64,000 nt of DNA, taken from assembly GCA_965262935.1 (NCBI GenBank), contig OZ253572.1, forward strand, positions 6,937,980 to 7,001,979, written 5' to 3'. Of this stretch, positions 1 through 9,124 are shown piece after piece. The translations under genes were made by a program, and so were the position numbers. Source of the stretch: Spirochaetia bacterium (GTDB lineage Bacteria; Spirochaetota; Spirochaetia; SZUA-6; Bin103). The notes beneath the pieces are model-generated. The model was given only the letters and a program-made list of their open reading frames with translations. It had not been told where the DNA came from and did no database searches. How positions within the stretch are numbered: position 1 is the first letter of the stretch; each line of letters opens with the position of its first letter.

Positions 1-165
1 ACTTGAAAACGATTCTCAGCCTTACGGACTTATCACTTGAGGCCCGCAGGGCGCACTGCGATCGCTACTTCTAGCGGCATGCGCGCCAGGGTTGGCGCGG
101 CTCCGCTTGCAAGCGGGAACGCTCGGCGGTATGCTCCGGCAGTGGCTAGACCAGCTTACATTGAG

Positions 166-348
166 ATGCAACCTTTTGATAACTTCCGGCACACTACGTA
201 TTGGTGTCGCAAGTGCGCCGAGCGTAGAGGCCTTCACAGAACGGCAAGCGGCCAGAGCGGCCACCACCGCGTTCTTTCCCCAGGGCAGCCTATCGGTCGT
301 AGTTGCGCTGGATGCGGTGCCGATCTCATATTCGACCCTGACGCATAG
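166..348 (+). CDS. Small putative zinc-ribbon protein
   Basis: ATG at 166 in the 37..348 ORF gives 60 aa with two CxxC pairs (CRKC, CAGC); lower GC than the backbone. Confidence 0.4.
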   Translation: MQPFDNFRHTTYWCRKCAERRGLHRTASGQSGHHRVLSPGQPIGRSCAGCGADLIFDPDA

Positions 349-363
349 CGCTGGCCGGGCCGA

Positions 364-675
364 GTGCCCGCCGGTCGCCCCATTGTAAGATTGTATATAA
401 TTCCCAAAAATAGACTATGGGATAATTCTGGCAACTTCTTACCCTCTCAACTACCAGCTATCACTAAACATTTGAGGTCCATCGCCGGGCCCATGTGCAA
501 TCTGTGTAAAGCGAAGGACAGTTGGGCTACGTACGAATCATTGTGCGGATTGCCCTCCCTCGACCCCAGTCGAGCGCTTTCTCTCGAAAAAGGAGTCGCG
601 GTCATTCTCGTCAGTTGCACAACATGCGGGAACACCCTCATTCTCCGGGCAGACTTTGCCCTCAAGGACCTCTGA
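364..675 (+). CDS. Small putative zinc-ribbon protein (start uncertain)
   Basis: CNLC ... CTTCG pairs; TATAAT at 396-401; ATG at 417 is one G out of frame with DNSGNF, so the true start may be there. Confidence 0.55.
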   Translation: MPAGRPIVRLYIIPKNRLWDNSGNFLPSQLPAITKHLRSIAGPMCNLCKAKDSWATYESLCGLPSLDPSRALSLEKGVAVILVSCTTCGNTLILRADFALKDL

Positions 676-1019
676 AAAAAACTTGATAGGAAGAACTGTC
701 ACAACCAGTAATACGCACGGCCAACCTCCTTGGTGCGGCAACGAGTCGAACTCCTCCCGTTTGGTGACTCAAGTACTGAGCATGTGCGCTTGGTTACTCA
801 AGTATATTATCACCCAAATTATCTTCCTTTCGACGTTCGATGCGCTGCCCGTACGCACCGCTACCGAGGCTTCGCCGATGTCCTCGCGGACACCCACGCA
901 CGGCTCGCGGTGGATCGTGGAGCGGCTACTCCTTCTCTCCAGATCTCCAGAGGTACTCTCACCTCCTATCATCTGCCAGTTAGCCTGGCGCTCTCGGCGC
1001 CGAAGTTCGCGTCCGGCGC

Positions 1020-1570
1020 TTGGTGGATGGCTCCGATACGGGCGCTGGTGTGCCGGCCTCGCCGGTCGCCACTTCGGCGCCTCACCCGACACTCGGCGGG
1101 TCCCCTGACGGCGGACCGAGCGGCGCATCAGCCGGAGCAGCGGGCGGCGCAACGGAGAGTGGCTGCCAAGCGGGCACAGAGGTGGCGGCCTCGCGGGTGG
1201 CCACTCCGGCGCCGGAGTCGGCACCTGGCGTGTATTCTGACGGCGGCCCGAGCGGCGTCTCAGCCAGGGCGGCGGCGTCCACAACCCGCGATTCTGTCCA
1301 CAGCCGCCACCAATCCCCGCCGTGGCGCCACATTCCTGCGGCTGTCCGGCGACACGTCTGGCAACGCGACGGAGGACGCTGCTGCTATCGCGATCTGCTG
1401 TCCGGGCGCCGCTGCACCTCTTCCCATCTGCTGCAGACCGACCACCTGTTGCCAGTCGCCGAGGCGGCGCCCCGGACCTGTTCAACTTTAACTTACAACT
1501 ACTCTGCTTTGCCCATCGCAGCTTGCGCCACGGCCATGGGTCGGCTGCGCCGCCGGAGCGCCCGATGTAG
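1020..1570 (+). pseudogene. HNH endonuclease remnant, frameshifted
   Basis: RHIPAAVRRHVWQRDGGRCC...RC...DHLLPVA continues in another frame as GG...NLQLLCFAH; low-complexity Ala/Pro linker upstream; no clear N-terminal domain. Confidence 0.75.
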
Positions 1571-1815
1571 CGCCTCCTCCGCGCTGCTGGCGCGCCGGTC
1601 GACTCGGCTCGCCGACGGCTTGCAGGTGGACGTGGCCGGGCGGGACGCCCTTCCCATCTCCGCGCGCGGAGCGTGCGTCTTCGCCGCCGCATCATCAGAC
1701 CCTGGCCGTGGTCTACCGTCTACGACCCTCCTGCTTCCGGCGATTCGGCACCCTCGCCAACGATCCGCTCTGCAGCACCGCTAGCTAGCGCACCGTCTAT
1801 AATGGCCGTCAACCC

Positions 1816-2739
1816 ATGCATCGTCCTGCGGGCATCGAGCTTGTCACACGCAGGTCGCGGCTCAATCTGCGGCTGCGCCTGATCGCGGCGTTCGCGGCCG
1901 GGGTGCTCGCAGTCGGCTGCGGGGCCTTCGTTGCCGATCCCGGCTACCGGGCAACGCAGTTGCCGGACGATGTCACCAAGCTCTTCGAGGTACAACAAGT
2001 GGTCGCGAATCCGGACGCCGACACGGTGTGGATCTTCGAGCAGGGCGGCCCTTCGCACGGTATCTCCAATGAGGTGCTCTTTTCCTTTCTGAGATACCGC
2101 GGCCACGAAGACATTCATCTCGTGCAGGCGCACCAGACGCTCACGCTCAATCCCCGCCTGGCCGCGCGGCATGCGCGACTGTCCCTTGCGAACCTGCAGG
2201 CGGAGGTCGACGTGAGCGTCGAAGTCCTGCGCCGCGTGATCGATCACTTCAAGGCGCAGGACAAGCGCGTCGTGGTGGTGGGATATTCCTACGGGTCGTT
2301 CCTGGTGGCGCGCTACCTGGCGCTGCACGGCCCGGATGGCGCTGACCGTTATCTGCTGATGGCCGGACGCCTGGACATGCCGACGGACTTCGTCGACGGA
2401 GCCCTGGCGGGGATGCTCTACCACTTTCCGAATACCGTAGCCGCGGAGCTGTCCGACCGGCGGCCGACCACCGACCAGGAGTCGATCGAGTTGCGCATTG
2501 CCGGCGCGACCTTTCACGACCGCTACACGGAACGGCTCAGCGACGCCGACCTGCGCAAGGCGATCTACGTGTACGCCACGGCGGACACCGTGGTCGGACG
2601 GCTCGCCGAACCCGAACTGCGATTCCTCCAGGACAACGAGGCCACCGTCATCCCCGGCGACGGCGCCAACCACTACAACCTGGCTCTGGACCAGGCGATT
2701 CTCGACCGGATCCACGACGCACTGCAGCAACAACCCTGA
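1816..2739 (+). CDS. Alpha/beta-fold hydrolase, probable lipoprotein
   Basis: GYSYG nucleophile motif, candidate Asp (ADTVV) and His (ANH); lipobox-like LAVGC; TATAAT at 1798-1803. Confidence 0.8.
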   Translation: MHRPAGIELVTRRSRLNLRLRLIAAFAAGVLAVGCGAFVADPGYRATQLPDDVTKLFEVQQVVANPDADTVWIFEQGGPSHGISNEVLFSFLRYRGHEDIHLVQAHQTLTLNPRLAARHARLSLANLQAEVDVSVEVLRRVIDHFKAQDKRVVVVGYSYGSFLVARYLALHGPDGADRYLLMAGRLDMPTDFVDGALAGMLYHFPNTVAAELSDRRPTTDQESIELRIAGATFHDRYTERLSDADLRKAIYVYATADTVVGRLAEPELRFLQDNEATVIPGDGANHYNLALDQAILDRIHDALQQQP

Positions 2740-2885
2740 CCCCGCCACGCCCCGCCCTGATCGTCCACCAGGGACCCATAGAGAGCCCCGAGAGCCCAGG
2801 TGCAGGACCGGTTGTCCGATCTGTACAAATCTGAGACACTAAGGGGACTACATGCCCCGAGTGGGCACTGGGAGGAGGAAGCGCA

Positions 2886-3389
2886 ATGACAAGACTCGCT
2901 TCTATTCTGGGCGTCGCGACGGTCGCGACGCTGGTACTGCTATCCGGCTGCGAAACAGCCGTCACGACGGACTACGCAAAAGACCTGGAAGGCACCTGGA
3001 CGGTTGAATTCATGCGGGATATGACTACTGACGCAGGAACAACGACTGCGGTAGCGGCAGAGATCACGAGAACTGGCACGAACAAGGGCACCGTGTCGCT
3101 CACAATAACTGATACGCCTGCCGTGCCCCCCGGGCCGGTAGAGGTGACGGGAAACATCGAAGTCACTGCCACCGTGATCACGGTCTCCGGTATTATGGTC
3201 AATCCTATGGCGGTTCTGGCTGCCCTTCCTGGGGGTGCCGAGCTTCTTACGCAGGACCAACCGCTCACGTATGAACGCTCGGATGACGGTAGCGAGCTCA
3301 CAGTAGGCAATGCAACGCTTTTTACCGCTCTCCTGGGCAGGACGGAGATCACGCTCACCAAGGAGATGGCAAGCACCGCTAGTAGGTAG
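2886..3389 (+). CDS. Hypothetical lipoprotein, beta-strand rich (lipocalin-like by inference)
   Basis: GGAGGAGG SD; signal peptide ending LLSGC; LEGTW motif; Thr/Val rich. Confidence 0.7.
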   Translation: MTRLASILGVATVATLVLLSGCETAVTTDYAKDLEGTWTVEFMRDMTTDAGTTTAVAAEITRTGTNKGTVSLTITDTPAVPPGPVEVTGNIEVTATVITVSGIMVNPMAVLAALPGGAELLTQDQPLTYERSDDGSELTVGNATLFTALLGRTEITLTKEMASTASR

Positions 3390-3414
3390 AGATTCGAGAC
3401 GGCCGGGGCGGGGC

Positions 3415-4806
3415 CTAGTAGCGGAGCGTGGTCTGGATGAACACGTTGTCCTTGGCGTCGTCCCGGCGCAATATTCCCGTTTTGGTGCTGTCGGGGCCGT
3501 CGAGCGTGAACCACAGGTTTGCGCCGGCGGCCGCCGACCAGGTGTCGGTGATCGCGTAGCTCACCCGCGGCGCCAGGTGGAGGGCCGCCTCGTTGATGCC
3601 CCACACGCCGGTCGCTTCGACGCTGAGTTGTTCGCGCAGGAAGCTGGTCTGCAGGCGGCTGATCAGGTACCAGGCGGACGGCTCGTGCTGGAACAGTTCG
3701 CGGTCGTGCAGCGAGCCGATGATCGACTCCAGGAACGGGCTGTAATCGGATTCCCAGGCATCCTCGTCGAACAGCACCAGCCGGTGGATTACCCCGGCCG
3801 TGGCGAACAGTTGCTGCTGGCCGATCGCGAACGGGTGGTCCATCTGCAGCACCGAACGGATCTCCGGGTTCTTGACGTCGATGCGCGACCCGTCGAGGTT
3901 GTCCTGGTGGAACTTGGCGCCGACATCGGCGGAGATCACCCAGCCGTCGAGCCCCACGCTGGCGCCGAGGCCGATGTTGTGGGCGCGCCCGTAGGCGGGC
4001 ACAATCGTGCCCTCGATCTCGTGCAGCACCCCGATCCGCTCGTCAAGGCCGCTCAAGTCGATATCGGGAATCTGATCGCGGAACCAGGAGTAGCTCACCT
4101 GTAGATCGGCCAGGAAGGTGGAGTAGGAGATCGCGCCGTGGATCGAGTGGGCGTACTCCGAGAACGGCTGCACTTCCGGGGTGCGAAGCGCCATGTCGAT
4201 GTCCAGCAGGCCGAATTGGAAGTCGAGGTCGAATTCGTCCACGGTCACCCGGTAGGGGGCCAGGAATGGCACGTATACCAACTCGATACTGAGATCGTCG
4301 GTGGGATAGGCGGTTACGTGCAGCAGCGGGTCGGCGAGCGGCCCCTCGAACAGGTCGCCAAGCGCCGGCACCTCGAGGTTGACGTGATTGATCACGTCCA
4401 GCGGGCTCAGGAAATCGACCTTGCCCCAGTGCACGAACTTCTTGCCGATCTCGACATCGAAGGCGTCGAACCGCAGCGACACGTACGCCCGCCGGATCAT
4501 GTCGTCGATGTCGCGTGCCGTCAGCGCACCGGGGGCCACCGAAAACCCCTCCTCGTCGTACTGCAGGTGCGCCACCACTTCCAGGAACGCCGACCAGAAG
4601 CCGGCCTCGTCGTCCGCGTGGAGCTGGGTCAGGGCGGTCAGCCGCACCCGTTCGTTGCTGTAGAACGACTCCTCCGCCACCCCGCCGTAGTGGTCGAGCC
4701 GCACGAACCCGCCCACCGCGACCTCCTGGGCGAACAGGACCGGGAGCGCCGCCAGAGCCCAGGCCAGCAGCGCCGCGATGCGTGTGCCGGGAAACCTCAT
4801 CGCCAC
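3415..4806 (-). CDS. Putative outer-membrane beta-barrel protein (DUF1302-like)
   Basis: Signal peptide; GKKFVHWGKVDFLSPLD motif; C-terminal aromatic residue (TTLRY); abuts the upstream gene. Confidence 0.7.
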   Translation of the reverse strand: MAMRFPGTRIAALLAWALAALPVLFAQEVAVGGFVRLDHYGGVAEESFYSNERVRLTALTQLHADDEAGFWSAFLEVVAHLQYDEEGFSVAPGALTARDIDDMIRRAYVSLRFDAFDVEIGKKFVHWGKVDFLSPLDVINHVNLEVPALGDLFEGPLADPLLHVTAYPTDDLSIELVYVPFLAPYRVTVDEFDLDFQFGLLDIDMALRTPEVQPFSEYAHSIHGAISYSTFLADLQVSYSWFRDQIPDIDLSGLDERIGVLHEIEGTIVPAYGRAHNIGLGASVGLDGWVISADVGAKFHQDNLDGSRIDVKNPEIRSVLQMDHPFAIGQQQLFATAGVIHRLVLFDEDAWESDYSPFLESIIGSLHDRELFQHEPSAWYLISRLQTSFLREQLSVEATGVWGINEAALHLAPRVSYAITDTWSAAAGANLWFTLDGPDSTKTGILRRDDAKDNVFIQTTLRY

Positions 4807-5577
4807 TTACCTCTGCCTCAGGTAGCGCTGGGTAAAGAACCGGTCCGGAATCTCGCCCGAGAACGCCAGCTCCTCGAGCACGATCTCCGACACGTGGCCG
4901 GTCTGATGGTTCAGCATCCGCACCCGTGACGGGAACGCGTAGCCGTCCGCCTCATGCTCCTCCTCCACGATCAGCTCCTTCAAGCGGTCGCCGGCCAGAT
5001 CGTAGAACACGACCCGCTCGCGCATGAAGTTGTCCTTGCGGACGAAGTGCTCCTCGCGCGCATACCCGAATGTGCGCCGCAGCTCCTCGGTGCGCCCGCG
5101 CACCTCCACCACGTAGTAGGCATCGTCGTCCGACGGCAGCAGCGCATGCTCGTACTCGGTCTGGTCGCGGCTCACCAGGTCCCGGAACGTGAAGTCGCTG
5201 CCGAGAAAGAAGCCGCCGCCCGATGAGCCGAGGTCGACGCGCTTGATGCGGTCCATGGCGGGCAGGTAGATCCACATGCTGTCGTCGCCCTGCTCCACGT
5301 TGGAGTGCACCAACAGCGCCATGTCGCGCACGTTGGGCGGGTAGGTGAATACGAACAGCCGGTCTTCGCGCTCGGCGCCGCGCTGTTTCTGGTAGGAATC
5401 GGCGCGGATCACGCGCTGGTCGCCGCTGGGGGCGGTGATGGTCAGGGTGAGGGCGGCGCTCAGGTTGTCGAGTGCACCGCGGGCGTCGGCGCGCTCGACG
5501 ATCTCGACCGCGTCCTGGGCCGCCAGCGGAGATGCCGCGGCCAATGCGGCCAGCAGCATCGCGGTAATGAGGATCAT
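4807..5577 (-). CDS. Outer-membrane lipoprotein-sorting protein (LolA-like / DUF1329-type)
   Basis: Signal peptide; WIYLPAMDRIKRV and FLGSDFTFRDL motifs; ends FFTQRYLRQR; ATGA overlap with the MMPL gene. Confidence 0.85.
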   Translation of the reverse strand: MILITAMLLAALAAASPLAAQDAVEIVERADARGALDNLSAALTLTITAPSGDQRVIRADSYQKQRGAEREDRLFVFTYPPNVRDMALLVHSNVEQGDDSMWIYLPAMDRIKRVDLGSSGGGFFLGSDFTFRDLVSRDQTEYEHALLPSDDDAYYVVEVRGRTEELRRTFGYAREEHFVRKDNFMRERVVFYDLAGDRLKELIVEEEHEADGYAFPSRVRMLNHQTGHVSEIVLEELAFSGEIPDRFFTQRYLRQR

Positions 5578-7826
5578 GCAACCTCCGTGCGGGCGAGCTG
5601 CCATCCGGCAATCAGCAGACTCATGACCAGAGCGCCGAGGATGGCTGCGGCGATCATTATACCGAAGTGCACGGCGCCGGAGAACGAAGACACCGCCAGC
5701 GACAGGAACGCCACCACCGAGGTGAGGAAACTCATGAACATCGGCACCCCGCAGCCGCGCACCACGGCGGCGGCCCGACCGACCAGGGCGGCGCGCGCCC
5801 CGGCGACCGGTGCCGGCGGGCCGGCGTGATGCAGCGCGTTCAGCACGTGGATCGTGTAGTCCACCGTCAGGCCCATGGTGATGGCCAGGGCGATCACCGT
5901 GTAGTCGTCGATGCGCACCCCGAAGGCGGGCGCCAGGCCGGTGACCGCGATCAGCACCGCCGCCGCCGGCACCAGGCTCAGCAGTGCCTGGCGCAGGTTG
6001 CGGAACACCGCCAGCACGGTCACGAAGATCAGCACCGCGCTCGCCGCCAGGGCGCTCAACCAGTTGCGGCGCAGCCGTTCACCGTGCGCGATCAGCTCGC
6101 GGGCCGGTCCGGCAATGGCCACCCGCCACTCCGCCGGCACCCGCTCCCGGATCGCCTCAACCGCCCGTTGCAGATCGCCGAGGGTGGCGAAGTCGCGGTA
6201 GCGCAGGATGCCGTGCAGCCACACCGCCGACAGGCTGCCGTCGGTCAGTGCCGCGTAGTCGGCCGGGCTCGCCGACGTGCTGTAGAACAGCAGGTATTGC
6301 GACACGATGCGCGCGAACCGCTCGGGATCGTCGCTCGCCGGCAGTTCCCGCGCGTCCGCCTCGCCGGCAGCGAAGTAGCGGTGGATGCGTTCCACCACCG
6401 ACAGCAGCGAGTGCCGATGCCCCACCGCCGGCAGTTCGCCCAGGATCCGGTGCGCGGTGCGCAGGTGCTCCAGCGCCGCCGGGTGCAGGAAGGCGTCCGC
6501 CGTCCCGGCGTCGATATGCACCGCGAACGGCACCGTGCCCGCGAACGCCCGGTTGAAGATGGCCTCCGCCTGCACCATGGTCGACGCCGCCGGGAGCTGG
6601 TGCAACGGGTAGGGCTCCGGGGTCAGCCGGCCGATCTGCGGCGCGGCCACGGCCACCGGCAACGCCAGCAGCACCGTCGCCGCCACGCGATGGCGGGCCA
6701 GCGTGAGCAGCGCCCGCACCAGCAGGCGGTGGATGCGCCGCGCCACCGCCCCGGCGGCGGTGCGCTGCCGGGCCGCGCGCAGACGGCCCGCGGCCGGCAT
6801 CCACCACAGCGCCAGCGCCAGGGCGGCCAGCGCGCCGGCGCTCACCGTCACCGCCACGAACCGGTGCACGGTGCTGCCCAGGCCGCCCAGGGCCAGGAAC
6901 CCGATCACCGTGGTGACCGCGGTCAGTATCAGCGGCAGGCGCAGGTAGCCGCGCGCCGCGCGTCCCGAGCCGTCGCCGCGCCAGCCCAGGTGATAGCCCA
7001 TGTGGATCGCGTAGTCGCTGAACAACCCGCCGGCAAACACCGGCGCCAGGATCAACAGCGGCGTACCGGCGCCGGCCAGCAGCACGAACAGCGCGCCGCC
7101 CGCGGCCGCCGCACTCACCGTCACCGCCAGCGCCACCAGCACGCCGCGCGCGCCGCCGAAGGTGAGCAGCAGAATCACCACGGTGGCGGCGCCGACCAGC
7201 GGCAGCAGCTTGCGCAGGTCACGCACCATCAACCGGCCGGTCAGCTCCACTACCGGCCGCACCCCGGTATAGTGCAGCGCAACACCGTACTGCTCCGCCA
7301 GCCTGCGCTGCAGTGCGTCGAGCCGCTGCACCAGCACCGTCGGCGCCAGCCGCGACCCCAACTCCAGGTAGAAGGCGGCGGCTTCGAAGTCGGCGCTCCA
7401 GTACGGGTGAATCTCCGGGAACCGTTCGTAGGCCGCGCGCAACTCCGCCGCCACCCGCTCGTCATGGCGTTCCAGCAGCGCCGCCGGCACGAACGGCCGC
7501 ACCACGATGTCGAACTCGGTGGCCCGCACCACGGTGGCGCGCAGCGGCGACGAGTAGCCGCGCAACCCCTCCATGGCGCGCAAGAACGCGTCCACCTCCG
7601 CCAGGACGGCCAAGTTGTCCGCATCCAGCCCGTCGCCGGCGCGGTCGCCGAACTCCACCGCCACCGCCACCACGTTCTCGCCCTGCGACGGCAGCACGGC
7701 CTGATCGGACGGCCCGCCCGCCGGCGCCGCCACCGCCGCCGGCCGCCATAGTGCCGCCAGCAGCACCAGCAGCGCCGCCGCCACCGGCACCGCCGCCAGC
7801 ACCACCCGCCGCCGGCCAGCGCTCAT
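5574..7826 (-). CDS. MMPL/RND-family transporter
   Basis: Two TM repeats with GLFSDYAIH and GLTVDYTIH motifs and periplasmic loops; ORF open to 7925, ATG 7826 preferred. Confidence 0.85.
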   Translation of the reverse strand: MSAGRRRVVLAAVPVAAALLVLLAALWRPAAVAAPAGGPSDQAVLPSQGENVVAVAVEFGDRAGDGLDADNLAVLAEVDAFLRAMEGLRGYSSPLRATVVRATEFDIVVRPFVPAALLERHDERVAAELRAAYERFPEIHPYWSADFEAAAFYLELGSRLAPTVLVQRLDALQRRLAEQYGVALHYTGVRPVVELTGRLMVRDLRKLLPLVGAATVVILLLTFGGARGVLVALAVTVSAAAAGGALFVLLAGAGTPLLILAPVFAGGLFSDYAIHMGYHLGWRGDGSGRAARGYLRLPLILTAVTTVIGFLALGGLGSTVHRFVAVTVSAGALAALALALWWMPAAGRLRAARQRTAAGAVARRIHRLLVRALLTLARHRVAATVLLALPVAVAAPQIGRLTPEPYPLHQLPAASTMVQAEAIFNRAFAGTVPFAVHIDAGTADAFLHPAALEHLRTAHRILGELPAVGHRHSLLSVVERIHRYFAAGEADARELPASDDPERFARIVSQYLLFYSTSASPADYAALTDGSLSAVWLHGILRYRDFATLGDLQRAVEAIRERVPAEWRVAIAGPARELIAHGERLRRNWLSALAASAVLIFVTVLAVFRNLRQALLSLVPAAAVLIAVTGLAPAFGVRIDDYTVIALAITMGLTVDYTIHVLNALHHAGPPAPVAGARAALVGRAAAVVRGCGVPMFMSFLTSVVAFLSLAVSSFSGAVHFGIMIAAAILGALVMSLLIAGWQLARTEVA

Positions 7827-8111
7827 CGGTGTCCCAACATCGACCGGGGGCTGTGCGGCGCCATCAACCTGGGCAGTATCGAGTCGGCGCTCCAGAGTCA
7901 TCCGTGGCGCATTTTGGACGGACATCCGAAGCCGCGCAATTCGCTATTCCAACGCTGCCGTCAAGGGAGTGCCGCACGGCATGGTAACGATCTGGTTGCT
8001 CCTGCCCCGGAATTTGACCCGCTTCGTCCGCAGCTCTTGATACGCCCGCCGATGCACTCTTCCGCCGTGCACGGCCACCTCAGTGGGCGCGATAGGTAGA
8101 GGTAGCGTAGT

Positions 8112-8495
8112 TTACTTCTGTTCAAACAGGTAGCGTCGCAACTCTCTGATTTCCGAAAGTACTTCTGTGTGGTTCGACTGCATCTTCGATTCGAGAGAGT
8201 CCATATCGGCTCGCAGGTCGCTGATGCTAGCGATCAGCCGTTTCTCTACTCGATCCAGATCGTTGTAGATGCGCGTCTCGATGCGCGTCATGTTTTCGTT
8301 TACCCGCGTCTCTACACGGCCTAGGGCATGGCTGGCCAAGATGAGTATCGACACGACTATGCCTGCCAGAGCTATCACCACCCCGCCATGGACCCACGCT
8401 GCGCCAAGCAGCTTCCGGAAGGATCCTCGGCGCCTTTGTTCCGTGCGGTCGAGTTCAGACACGCGGCTATCGCCGAGTCTCTGTTGATCGTTCAC
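8112..8495 (-). CDS. Hypothetical protein, single TM plus coiled coil
   Basis: Hydrophobic VVIALAGIVVSILIL followed by a heptad-like helix; GTGA overlap with the upstream ORF. Confidence 0.65.
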   Translation of the reverse strand: MNDQQRLGDSRVSELDRTEQRRRGSFRKLLGAAWVHGGVVIALAGIVVSILILASHALGRVETRVNENMTRIETRIYNDLDRVEKRLIASISDLRADMDSLESKMQSNHTEVLSEIRELRRYLFEQK

Positions 8496-8755
8496 GACTT
8501 CTTCTCTAACTCTTGCAACTTATTGACGATCTCAGTCGATTCTGATCCGCTATAGTACTCCAGCTTTACCACAACTCCGAGGTGCTCTCCAGAGCCGACT
8601 TGGAATCCGAACAGTTCTGCTATCTCCTTGGTGGTAGCCGAACTGTCGCCAACTATGCAGGCGTTGGGGGCGCTGAGCTTCACGTGGGAATCCTTAAACC
8701 GGTCGGGAATGTCAGGCAGCGGTCCGTTTGTTGTGACGACCAGATAGCAATCCAT
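8492..8755 (-). CDS. Small hypothetical protein
   Basis: 87-aa globular-looking ORF of low GC, with a sigma70-like promoter upstream. Confidence 0.65.
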   Translation of the reverse strand: MDCYLVVTTNGPLPDIPDRFKDSHVKLSAPNACIVGDSSATTKEIAELFGFQVGSGEHLGVVVKLEYYSGSESTEIVNKLQELEKKS

Positions 8756-8770
8756 TGCTTCGTTTGGTCA

Positions 8771-8800
8771 ACCCTAGCCCGCCCGGTTAACACTTGTCAA
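8771..8800 (-). promoter_or_regulatory. Sigma70-like promoter for the 8755 gene pair
   Basis: TTGACA (8800-8795), N18, TAGGGT (8776-8771); a second TTGACA at 8826-8821. Confidence 0.5.
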
Positions 8801-8889
8801 CCAATAACGCTTCTCAAACTTGTCAACTAATTGTTATTGCAGGACTTACGGGTGTATCAATCGTATCACTTGTATTAGTCCCGCTCCTT

Positions 8890-9085
8890 GTCAGCCGTAC
8901 GTGGTGGTACCGGTAAGAGTACAGCGAGAGCATGGCGGCGTGCTTCTCAAGCTTTTTGAGGAGGCGTGAGTCAACCGCGTGTACCGCCTCATCGACATCC
9001 GTATCGACACGCTGTGCCGCTCGACGTATGACGTGTTCGCGGTGTCCAGGTCTGGCGAGCCCTGCACCACCACCTTCTCGATACC
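8890..9085 (-). mobile_element. IS1-family transposase C-terminal remnant, frameshifted
   Basis: GSPDLDTANTSYVERHSVSIRMSMRRYTRLT then, in another frame, KKLEKHAAMLSLY..YHHVR, typical of IS1-family DDE C-termini. Confidence 0.75.
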
Positions 9086-9124
9086 GCGCGTCGACGCGCG
9101 GTCGATCAGCTCCAGCACCGACAG

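Noticed and set aside
1020-1570. RNA-guided nuclease (IscB/Cas9-like)
   Set aside because: Only an HNH remnant; no RuvC motifs or PLMP N-terminus visible
2826-2841. CAAATCTGAGACACTA as an IS1-like terminal repeat
   Set aside because: Resemblance is from memory only; no partner end or target duplication found
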